Assembly (NCBI GenBank): GCA_046758965.1
Contig: JBHIBG010000077.1
Location: 1-13,032 of the forward strand
DNA from: Candidatus Methylomirabilia bacterium
GTDB lineage: Bacteria; Methylomirabilota; Methylomirabilia; Rokubacteriales; CSP1-6
Direction of reading: 5' to 3'
DNA: 13,032 nucleotides
The stretch's first letter is position 1; each line of letters begins with the position of its first letter. The notes beneath the pieces were generated by a model. That model had not been told where the DNA came from. It saw only the letters and a list, made by a program, of their open reading frames with translations, and did not search any database. Positions 1 to 8,143 of this stretch are shown piece after piece. The position numbers and the translations under genes were made by a program.

Positions 1-36
1 GCGCTGCGTCAAGGCGTTCAGCGTCGGCGTGCTCAT
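1..36 (-). CDS. 5' end of a hypothetical protein running off the window (MSTPTLNALTQR...)
   Basis: ATG at 36-34 preceded by GAGGGGG SD-like sequence; only 12 codons visible. Confidence 0.5.
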   Translation of the reverse strand, partial: MSTPTLNALTQR

Positions 37-515
37 AGCTGATTTCCCCCTCTAGTCTGCCCGAGGGCTTGAGCGCCATGACTGCTCCTTCCCCCAGACG
101 ATGCCGAGCGTTTCGTTGAGCAGGATCATCCGGTAGCCGCTCCGTTCGCCGCTGTGGCGGCCGCTCTGGCGGCGGCGCCATGGAGTGCCTGCCAGAGTTC
201 TGGCGTTCCCGCCAGAGCCCTCCACTCTGGCCGGTCTCTGCCTTACCCCGCTAACCCCCTTCCACACCGAAGTTTTTCCGCCTTCCTCCCCGCCCAGAGG
301 GTCCTGGAACAACACTTGCTGGTATCGCGGTAGGAAGGCCCCTCGCAGGGAGCCTTATCTTCCGTGCATCGGGGAGAAGATGAGCGTCGTGAAAACGAGA
401 AGTCGGATCCTCCGTCAGTCTGGGGCATCACTACCGCTGCTTCAGATGCGGTTGGCAGGCTAAGGAGCCCGTTATGCGGACGTTCCGCCGTGTCCGATAT
501 GCCAAGGGATCAGCC

Positions 516-620
516 ATGCTGGATAGACCGCCCCAGCGCCCCGGCCGGGATCTGCGCGACACCGTGGCCTTTGTCTTCGGGGCCGGGATCCTCTGGCTCC
601 TGGTGCTGCTGCTGGGATGA
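516..620 (+). CDS. Putative 34-aa single-pass membrane peptide
   Basis: Manual translation MLDRPPQRPGRDLRDTVAFVFGAGILWLLVLLLG*; AAGGGA upstream; GC3-rich codons; stop 3 nt before the next ATG. Confidence 0.5.
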   Translation: MLDRPPQRPGRDLRDTVAFVFGAGILWLLVLLLG

Positions 621-623
621 GCG

Positions 624-1190
624 ATGTTCCAATTCCCTTGGACGAATCCCCGCGGCTCCTCGAACGCCAACCAGGAGAACATCATCCTCTCGCTCATGCG
701 CGTGCTCTCGCTCGTGCGCGTCGGCCCGGACCCCTCCGCGGCAGACCACCGGCGGAAGCATTTTACCAGCTCCGCTGCCGCGGCCAGGGAATCCATAGAG
801 GAGGGCAAAATGGCGGCTTCCTTGATAGAAGCCATGCGGGCCAAGCTCGGTGACGAACGGGCGATCTTGGAGACATTGGCGCGGCGGGTGGACTCCGGAC
901 CCACCGCCATCGAATGGCAGAAAGGGTATGTGAAGGCCCTACAGGAGATCTGTGATCTGGAAGGGATCCCCCCTGGAATGCTGTTCATCGTGGCGCGGGA
1001 CAAACCTGCCCTCTATGAATATCTGCGGGACCAGACGCCTATGCAAGTCATCCTGGATCGGCGCCGTGAGGAGCGGCGACAGCGCATCCAGGCGCATGAG
1101 CCAGAGCGGCGGCAGACCGACCGCCGACGCCAGCCAGCCAGCGAGGATGCTCTCCGCTCCCACGGATTTGTCGTCATCCGCCGGCAGTAA
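624..1190 (+). CDS. Hypothetical protein with C-terminal LFIVARD...VILDRR...ERR...DRR module (alternative start at 810)
   Basis: GC3-biased 188-aa ORF; internal GAGGAGG-ATG at 810; Arg-rich DRR/ERR C-terminus. Confidence 0.7.
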   Translation: MFQFPWTNPRGSSNANQENIILSLMRVLSLVRVGPDPSAADHRRKHFTSSAAAARESIEEGKMAASLIEAMRAKLGDERAILETLARRVDSGPTAIEWQKGYVKALQEICDLEGIPPGMLFIVARDKPALYEYLRDQTPMQVILDRRREERRQRIQAHEPERRQTDRRRQPASEDALRSHGFVVIRRQ

Positions 1191-1295
1191 GGAACGGGCG
1201 CCGGGGCCACCCTCGGCGCGCGTGGTGCCTCCGGGGCAGGCCTGTTCGGCCCGCGAGAGCCGGCAGAAGGCTCGGTTCGTAGGCCAAACTGTCGC

Positions 1296-1325
1296 TTGAC
1301 AGCTCCACCGACCTCCACCTAGACT
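1296..1325 (+). promoter_or_regulatory. Putative sigma70 promoter of the crotonase gene
   Basis: TTGACA (1296-1301), 18 nt, TAGACT (1320-1325), 35 nt upstream of the ATG. Confidence 0.5.
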
Positions 1326-1360
1326 CCTGCCGATACACGCATAAGGATGGAGGGGTTTCC

Positions 1361-2137
1361 ATGAAACTCGAGCGACAGGACCGGGTGGGCATCCTGACTA
1401 TCGACACCGAGCACGGCAACGCCATCAACCGGGAACTCATCCGGGAGGCTCACGAGTTGATGGATGAGGTGGAACATGACCCGATGATCCGTGCCCTGGT
1501 CGTGGCCTCGACGCACCGGTCGGTCTTCTGCCCAGGCGTCGACCTCCGCTCCCTGATCACCTGCTCGAGCACCGAGATGCGTGCCTTCTTCGAGGCGATA
1601 ACCGGCCTGGTACAGCGCAAGTTCGTCTTCCCCAAGCCGGAGGTGTATGCCTTGAACGGGCACACGATTGCCGGCGGATGCATCATGGCCCTGACCGGGG
1701 ACTATCGTCTTATGGCGCGGGGGCGCTTCTACATCGGCGTGATAGAGATCGATCTCGGGCTGACGGCGTCCGCCGGCATGGTAGAGATGCTCCTCTACGT
1801 GCTGGGCGGGCGGTCCGCGGAGCGCATCCTCTACACGGGGGAGAACTACCTCCCCGAAACCGCGCTGGAGCTCGGGCTCGTGGACGAGGTGGTCGAGGGC
1901 GAGATGCTGATGGCCCGAGCCCTCGAGCACGCCAGGGTGCTGGGGAACAGGCCGCAGATGGCATACGGGACGGTCAAGCGCTATGCGCGTCAGGCGATCG
2001 TCGAGCGGATGCGAGAAGTGGACGCGGCCCACCTGGACGACCTCGTCGCCCTCTGGTTCGCCGAGGAGGCGCAACAACGCTTGGCCGCTACGGTCCAGCG
2101 CCTCGGAAAGAAAGCTGGCGTAAGTCCGCCGTCCTAG
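1361..2137 (+). CDS. Enoyl-CoA hydratase/isomerase (crotonase) family protein, probably isomerase type
   Basis: NAI, FCPGVDL, ALNGHTIAGGC and ALELGLVDEVV motifs; first catalytic Glu position absent (AGGCIMAL), second present (GVIEIDLG); GGAGG SD. Confidence 0.92.
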   Translation: MKLERQDRVGILTIDTEHGNAINRELIREAHELMDEVEHDPMIRALVVASTHRSVFCPGVDLRSLITCSSTEMRAFFEAITGLVQRKFVFPKPEVYALNGHTIAGGCIMALTGDYRLMARGRFYIGVIEIDLGLTASAGMVEMLLYVLGGRSAERILYTGENYLPETALELGLVDEVVEGEMLMARALEHARVLGNRPQMAYGTVKRYARQAIVERMREVDAAHLDDLVALWFAEEAQQRLAATVQRLGKKAGVSPPS

Positions 2138-3204
2138 CCGTAGCGCTCCCGTAGAAGGACGCCGCCCCGGGCCATGGCCGCCAGCTTCAGGTAGGCCTCG
2201 TCTAGATCCATGGGGTTGGCGCTCGAGGGGGCGAAGCCGCAGTCGGGGTTCAGGGTCAGGCGCTCCTTCGGGACATACTCGAGCGCTCGTTCCACCCGCT
2301 CTACGACGTGCCCGGCTGTCTCGATCTGCCTGTCGCAGTGGTCGATGACCCCCAGACCCAATACCTTGTCGGCGGGGAAGCGCCTGAGGATCTCCACGCC
2401 CCCGGCCTCGGGCGCGGCGAACTCCATGGCCAAGCGGTGCACCCGCATCCGGCCCAGGGCGTCCATTATGAGATCGTAAGGTCCGCGGGTGAGGCGCTGA
2501 CGGTTGAAGTGGGCGTGGCACAGGTGGAGGCTGAGAAAGACCCCCGAGATCCCCTCCACCGCCCCGTTGACGGCCCGGACACACGACTCGATTTCAGCTT
2601 CCACGTCCGTGATGCCCTCCTGCCGGCGGTAGTCGGGGTCCACCAGCAGCGCCAGCCACGGGTCGTCCAGCTGGACAGCGTCCACCCCCAATCGGGCCAG
2701 AGCCTCGAGTTCCTGGCGGATGATGAGCAGGCACGCCTGAATAAACTCCTCCCGGGTGGGGTAGGCCCGCCGCGAGACCTGAGGGTGCCACATGCGGCGC
2801 CCGACGGTGTAAGGGGAGGGGATGGCGACGATGGTCCTGCGGGTGGTATGGGCCCGCAGGAAGCGGACCTCGTCCCAGGCGATGGGGCGCCACCCCGGCA
2901 GCGGGGACACCACCGCTGGGTATCTCAACGGCGAGGCGCCCACGTGGATGACGTCCGGCTGGAACCCGCCGATGCGCTCGGCGAAGACTTTTACGTAACT
3001 CTCCCGTCGCCACTCGCCGTCGGAGACGTAGTCCACCCCCGCCCGCTCCTGGAGACGGATGGCGAAGGGTATGGCGCTGTCCAGTAGGTGGTCCGCCTCT
3101 ACAGGGCGGAGGCGTCCCGCTTTGCGTTCCTCAATGACCTCTCGCACCCACTGAGGTCGTGGCAGGCTACCCACCACGAACGTCGGAAAGAGTTGGTCTC
3201 TCAT
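2134..3204 (-). CDS. Cobalamin-independent methionine synthase II family protein (single catalytic domain, MetE C-terminal-like)
   Basis: VVGSLPRP, SDGEWRR, VQLDDP motifs; Zn ligands HLC, AMEF, NPDCGF; 356 aa. Confidence 0.9.
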   Translation of the reverse strand: MRDQLFPTFVVGSLPRPQWVREVIEERKAGRLRPVEADHLLDSAIPFAIRLQERAGVDYVSDGEWRRESYVKVFAERIGGFQPDVIHVGASPLRYPAVVSPLPGWRPIAWDEVRFLRAHTTRRTIVAIPSPYTVGRRMWHPQVSRRAYPTREEFIQACLLIIRQELEALARLGVDAVQLDDPWLALLVDPDYRRQEGITDVEAEIESCVRAVNGAVEGISGVFLSLHLCHAHFNRQRLTRGPYDLIMDALGRMRVHRLAMEFAAPEAGGVEILRRFPADKVLGLGVIDHCDRQIETAGHVVERVERALEYVPKERLTLNPDCGFAPSSANPMDLDEAYLKLAAMARGGVLLRERYG

Positions 3205-3292
3205 GCCCTTCTCCGCCAGCGCGTTGGGGATCTCCGCCTCGATCTACTGCCACCCCTTCGCACACCCACCGCGGGGTCAGGCTGGCCGAGGC

Positions 3293-3715
3293 CTACTGCC
3301 AGCCCAGGACGGCGTACCCCCGCTCTCTGAGGCACCGGTTGACGAACCGCTTGTAGACGGGGCTTGGCTTTGTCTGCTTCACGGCGCCGCCCACGGCTCC
3401 CGCAGTCCCGCCGGTCGCAGCGCCGATCGCCGCTCCGCGGCCCGCACCGGCGCCGCTCACCGCTCCGCCCACGGCGCCAATTGCCGCGCCGGCGAGGCCG
3501 CCGACCGCCGCCCCCCTGGCAATGTCTTTCGTGGCGGTGCTCCGGACGTACTCGCTGGCGAGCCTTCGGCACTCGGCTATGTCGCGTTCCGCCTGTTGGC
3601 GCCCCACGCGCTGGAGGTGCGCATTCGGGTACAAAACGGGCGACTGTGTGCTCGCGCAGGCACCCACCGCCAGTGCGAGAAGCAGGAGTACGGTCAGCAG
3701 GCGAACAGATCGCAT
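3293..3715 (-). CDS. Glycine-zipper lipoprotein
   Basis: AGGAGG SD before ATG 3715; signal peptide with lipobox (LAVGA-C20); GAAVGGLAGAAIGAVGG...GAAIGAATGG zipper; C-terminal CLRERGY. Confidence 0.85.
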   Translation of the reverse strand: MRSVRLLTVLLLLALAVGACASTQSPVLYPNAHLQRVGRQQAERDIAECRRLASEYVRSTATKDIARGAAVGGLAGAAIGAVGGAVSGAGAGRGAAIGAATGGTAGAVGGAVKQTKPSPVYKRFVNRCLRERGYAVLGWQ

Positions 3716-3777
3716 AAGCTGGCACCTCCTATGCCTTGCCAAGATCCTATTCTATCGCGGAGAGTGGCGATGGCCGC

Positions 3778-3815
3778 ACCTCCACAGGTTATCCACTTTT
3801 CCACAGTTATCCACC
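3778..3815 (+). promoter_or_regulatory. Cluster of tandem DnaA-box-like 9-mers
   Basis: TTTTCCACA (3797-3805, exact TTWTNCACA), TTATCCACT (3789-3797), TTATCCACC (3807-3815), degenerate ACCTCCACA (3778-3786). Confidence 0.55.
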
Positions 3816-4683
3816 ATGGTGAAATTGCCAGGCTTGGCGCGCCCGCACAGCCATGGCCGGCAGGAAAGCGTGGACCCGTCACCCACCGCCAGGGCCTGAG
3901 GCAGATCAGCCCATGAACAAAGGCCCCCAGTATCACCAGGCGCGAAACGTCGCGTCCTATGCGGCGAACCGAACTCTTGACAGTCTCGTCCCTAGAGGAC
4001 TACACAAGCTGCGGGATCATTGACCGATCACGCGAGGGTCGGCGATCCAACCGTCCACTCCTCGGCGGCGCATGGTGGCGGCAGACTTACGGGGAGAAGA
4101 GAGGGGAGAGACCTGGCAGTGTCCGTCTGCTGCCGGGGCCCACGGGGGTTCCGCGCCGCCGATTACTTTTCCCGCCTTCGCGGATGAGCGACCTGACTCA
4201 CGCCTCACCCGTACGGCCTCCGACTGGCAGAACGGGCAGCAGGTGTCCTGTTGTCCTCTCTTGATGCGGGCAAGATTCATTCAGATCGGGGAGTACGTGC
4301 CCACCTGGGATCGCATCTTCGCGGGGCCTATCGGCATTGCCCTCATCTCAACAGCGGCAGGATTGACGGCTGAACCATCGGAAATCCGGCTGTGGAGCTC
4401 CGTCGGATCCGCAGCCCTCATCCTTGCCTATGCGGTCGCCCTCTGCTGCACTCGCTTGAAGGACAAGCGGGGAACGGAGCAGGCATCAACTCGTTGACCT
4501 GGAACTCGTTCTCACGGATAGACCGCCGCGTACGCCTGATCCGATTCCGCTCGGCAGGCGCTCCAGGGATCCCGGGTTGAATCTGTTCCCAGGCGTCAGC
4601 GGGCCCGTTGCCGCGCAGGATGTCAAGGTCTATCGGGTCGAGACAGGGGAGGTGAACCCTTGGAAGGCTGAGTCAGGAGGCCG

Positions 4684-5361
4684 GTGATGGAACTCTACGA
4701 CGTCATGCGCACCACATTTGCCGCGCGGGAATTCACGGATGATCCCCTGCCGGACGAAACCCTCTTCAAGATCCTCGACAATGCGCGCTTCGCACCAAGT
4801 GGCGGCAACCGCCAGGGCTGGCGCGTGCTCGTCGTTCGCGATCGGGCGACCCGGGAAACGTTGGCCGCGCTGAGCGTCCCGGCCGCCAAGCGCTACGCCG
4901 CCCAGCTGCAGGCGGGTGAGAATCCCTGGAACGCGATCGACCAGACCTCGGTCGACACCGAGACAATCGAGCGAACGCCAGCGCCGGCCCGGTTGACGGA
5001 ACCGCTCGTGCGGGCGGCGGTGGTCCTCGTCCTCTGCGTAGACCTGAAGGTGGTGGCGTCCACGGACCAGGACTTGGAGCGCGTCGGGGTCGTCAGCGGG
5101 GCGTCGATCTATCCTTTCGCGTCGAACATCCTGCTAGCCGCTCGGCACGAAGGGTTCGGCGGGAACATCACCACACTGGCAGTGGCCCAAGAACCCGGGC
5201 TGCAAGAGCTCTTGGGCATTCCCCGGCACGTCGCAGTGTGTGCCATCATGCCGCTCGGTCGGCCCGCCAAGCGGCTCACGAAGCTCAAGCGCAAACCCGT
5301 ACCGGAGTTCGCGATGCACGAACGGTGGGACGGTCAGCGGCTGACGCCTCCAACCCCGTGA
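4684..5361 (+). CDS. Nitroreductase family protein
   Basis: R-x-F...ARFAPSGGNRQGW, NILLAARHEGFGG and PLGRP motifs; AGGAGG SD (start GTG 4684 or ATG 4687). Confidence 0.92.
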   Translation: MMELYDVMRTTFAAREFTDDPLPDETLFKILDNARFAPSGGNRQGWRVLVVRDRATRETLAALSVPAAKRYAAQLQAGENPWNAIDQTSVDTETIERTPAPARLTEPLVRAAVVLVLCVDLKVVASTDQDLERVGVVSGASIYPFASNILLAARHEGFGGNITTLAVAQEPGLQELLGIPRHVAVCAIMPLGRPAKRLTKLKRKPVPEFAMHERWDGQRLTPPTP

Positions 5362-5450
5362 GCCGTGTCGCTCTCGGTCGATCGACTCGGCCCACGCGAG
5401 AGTGACCGCAGCTCAGGGGAGCGGGGGTTCGAGGCCCTGACCATGGCGTC

Positions 5451-5648
5451 GTGCGGCGGGTCGATCTTATCGCCCGCTTCGGCATCTCCGAGCGAACAGC
5501 GCAGCGGGATCTCGTGGCTCTGGTCCGAGCCGGCTTCGTGAGGCGGTCAGGGACGGGGCGGGGCTCGCGTTACACGCTGCCGTCACGGGCTACTGATTCA
5601 GCCCTCGCCTCTTTCGGACCTGCCGCACAGGTAAACCCGACCGAGTGA
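5451..5648 (+). pseudogene. Isolated DeoR-like winged-HTH fragment or mini-protein
   Basis: DLIARFGISERTAQRDLVALVRAGFVRRSGTGRGSRY; in-frame stop at 5403-5405 and no clear SD. Confidence 0.5.
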
Positions 5649-5680
5649 TGCTTGGAATCACCTTGCGATCACCACGATTG

Positions 5681-6061
5681 TCAGACTTCTTCCCAGCGAT
5701 CTTTATCCGCCCAGAAGGGGCATTCAGGGCATGCGGCGCCCTCGGGATAGTCTATTCCCTCCTCGTGAGGACACCCGATGATTCCGCTCGTCATGATTAC
5801 CGAAAGTGCGCCGTGTTGTTCCAAGAGCTCCACGATGCGCCTTGAAATCTCACTGTCCCGCCTCACGTCTCTGTTCTCGGAGAACCATCGTTCCATGAAT
5901 GCCGGCTCACCATCCGCGGCAAGAACGATGCCTACAGCGACTTTTGTAGCGAGTTTGTTGTCAGCGCCATAATACGCGATCGTGCCCACCGGGTAGCCGC
6001 GAAACCCCCGGCGAGCCTTCTTTTCCAGTCGCTTCTGGAACGGGTTCGATGCCTTCAACAC
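5681..6061 (-). CDS. Hypothetical protein with Cys/His-rich C-terminus
   Basis: AGGAGG SD before GTG; GYPVGTIAYYG and GCPHEEGIDYPEGAACPECPFW motifs. Confidence 0.8.
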   Translation of the reverse strand: MLKASNPFQKRLEKKARRGFRGYPVGTIAYYGADNKLATKVAVGIVLAADGEPAFMERWFSENRDVRRDSEISRRIVELLEQHGALSVIMTSGIIGCPHEEGIDYPEGAACPECPFWADKDRWEEV

Positions 6062-6235
6062 CTTGGTGTCCTCCTGCGGCGCGGCGCCGCGGAGATCGCG
6101 ATACCGACTCCTGATGCGGCTCTGGTCCTACTTACAATAGCCCCGCCGCCCCGCTTCGCCCGGCCAGGACCGCAGGGATCGCAGGCTTGATCTCCTGCCG
6201 GGGATGCGCGCGCCCCCTTGCGCGAGGCGCGTGGG

Positions 6236-6817
6236 CTATCCGAGCGCCTGGAGCACATCTGCTAGGCTGGCCACGCCCGCCACGCTCGGGAGGATCTGGT
6301 TCATGGCGAAGTTGTGGTTCTCGTCGCTATTGCTCGCGCAACACTCGCGCACCACGATGACCCGATATCCGAGGTCGGAGGCATGCCGGGCCGTCGTCTC
6401 GACCACGTAGTTCGTCCAGAGGCCCATGAGGACGAGGGTGTTCACGTCGAGAGTGTGCAGCAGCTGGTCCAAGCCGGTGGTCAGGAAGGGATTGACGCAC
6501 GTCTTATTGAGGACCGGCTCGTTCTCCTGTGGTCGGACGTCGGGATGGATCTCCGCCCCTGCCGTCCCGGCTCGGAGCATACTGTTCTGTCGAACCATCT
6601 GAAAGAGGGGGCTAGCCCCCGGAGCGTCGCGATAGTCCGGCCGGAAGGAGACGGTGATGTAGATGATCGGCGTCTGTTTTCGGCGGCCCTGGTCCAGCAC
6701 GTGGCGGATGTTGGCCAGGACTTTCTTTTCCTCGACTCCCGGCGTCGCGTTGACGATATCGTTCTGAAGATCCATCGCAAGAACGGCGGTTCGCTTCGCA
6801 TCCAACGTAAGGGCCAT
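6236..6817 (-). CDS. Isochorismatase/cysteine hydrolase family protein
   Basis: AVLAMDLQND, VLNK, LVLMGLWTNYVVETTARHASDLGY motifs; AGGGGG SD. Confidence 0.9.
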   Translation of the reverse strand: MALTLDAKRTAVLAMDLQNDIVNATPGVEEKKVLANIRHVLDQGRRKQTPIIYITVSFRPDYRDAPGASPLFQMVRQNSMLRAGTAGAEIHPDVRPQENEPVLNKTCVNPFLTTGLDQLLHTLDVNTLVLMGLWTNYVVETTARHASDLGYRVIVVRECCASNSDENHNFAMNQILPSVAGVASLADVLQALG

Positions 6818-6954
6818 GATGTTGTTCCCCCTTTCTCAGCCGCGAGTTTGGATCTTACTCAATTTAGCTCCGCGTCGTCGAAACACACTGAGCGTTTCAG
6901 CTAACCCACGCCGCCCGCCTGATCCGGCTCTCCTCCGCCACACTCCCCCGAGGC

Positions 6955-7859
6955 TCACCTGATCACCTTATCCGCCCGGAAGAGAATGGAGTCGGGAATG
7001 GTCAGGCCCACGGCATTCGCGGTGTTGAGGTTGATGATTAGCTCGAACTCGGTGGGCCGCTCCACCGGCAGGTCAGCGGGCTTGGCACCCTTCAGGATTT
7101 TGTCCACGTAGACGGCAGCGCGCATGAGCATTGGGTCAATGCTCGGCGCATAGGACATGAGGCCTCCAAACAGCGTAAGGGACTCCCAGTTCGACATCAG
7201 TGGGAGCTGGTGCTCCAGCGCCAACTGCGCAATCCGAGGATGACCCATCACTATGTCGTCAAACACAATTAGCGCGTCGGCACGCGCCCTAGTCATCGCA
7301 GAGAATGCTGGTTCGAAATCGTCGAAATCTCGCACGTGGAGGGGTTGAAGGGTCACGCCCAACGCCTGCGCGGCAACCTGCGTGTGTCGAAAGAGTTCTG
7401 TGAACCCCGGATTAGTCGGATTCCACAGAACCGCCACGCGGGCGATACTTGTAATCGTTTCCTTGAGCAACTCTAGCTGTTTGCCCGCGAGCTCCGGGAA
7501 CATATTCGTCACGCCAGTGACATTCCTGCCGGGCCGGGCAAGGTTGGCGACGAGACCGACCTTCACAGGGTCGCCCTCGGCCACCATGACGATGGGGATC
7601 GTGCTAGTCGCGTTCATCGCCGCTCTGATCCCCGGTGTACTGACCGCGACGATGATGTCAACCTTGAGGCGGACCAGTTCCGCCGCCAGGTCGGGAAACC
7701 GCCCGTACTCCCCTTCGGCGTATCGATCGTCCACGACGAAGTCCTGTTTCTCTAGGCTCGAGGCACGTAGCCCGCGCAAGAATGGTCCCATGAACACTGA
7801 AAAAAATGGTTGTCAGGATCTAACCAGCCAATCCGATACACCTTCCCCGGCTTCTGGGC
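6955..7859 (-). pseudogene. ABC transporter substrate-binding protein, mature part (cut by the IS110; also a 1-nt frameshift at 7800-7806)
   Basis: AQKPGKVYRIGWL, LAAELVRLKVDIIV, ATSTIPIVM, DPVKVGLVANLARPGRNVTG, VDKILKGAKPADLPVERPTEFELIINL motifs. Confidence 0.9.
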
Positions 7860-7873
7860 CTTATACTCTGTCC

Positions 7874-8120
7874 GTCCGGACTCGTAGCTCAGGAGAGAAC
7901 TGGGAACCAGCAGGAGGAGGAAGAGGAGGAGGGGAGGCAGCCAAGCATAACGACCTGGAGCTTGCTGACCAGAGGACCCTTCTGCGCAGAGCCCCCGGAG
8001 GCTCACGCCGAGACTGTCCCGGTCGGCAAGAGAACGGCGCTGGAGGTTCAAGAGAAAGTAGCCCCCCGGAGGGCCAGTATAAGGCGAACCTGGCCGTTCC
8101 CGCTCCATGGCCGCGAGTGC
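7874..8120 (+). ncRNA. Predicted IS110 bridge RNA (target loop ~7961-8030, donor loop ~8032-8099); ends approximate
   Basis: Stems 7961-7970/8021-8030, 7989-7993/8000-8004, 8032-8038/8093-8099, 8044-8049/8086-8091, 8061-8064/8071-8074, closing 7956-7961/8102-8107; loop strands match target and donor DNA. Confidence 0.85.
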
Positions 8121-8143
8121 GAGGCCCAAAAGGAGGAGGACAC

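Noticed and set aside
1319..3916. Long opposite-strand or alternate-frame ORFs (1319-2584, 2308-3087, 3203-3916; likewise 8048-9319, 10382-11365, 11515-12270)
   Set aside because: Shadow ORFs of well-supported genes in high-GC DNA
3977..4006. TTGACA-18-TACACA promoter candidate
   Set aside because: Weak -10 and no credible downstream gene
4017..4497. Overlapping ORFs 4072-4497(+) and 4017-4280(-)
   Set aside because: No recognisable family or clear start; a hydrophobic stretch and a single CPFC are insufficient, possibly gene debris
5402..5443. tRNA-like bits (GCTC-AGGG-GAGC, GGTTCGAGGCCC, CCA)
   Set aside because: No anticodon arm or acceptor stem and no match to the tRNA-Thr 3' end, so not an att site
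7382..8143. 663-aa version of the transposase ORF
   Set aside because: The extension is antisense to the binding-protein gene and crosses the IS boundary; SD and domain start point to GTG 8144
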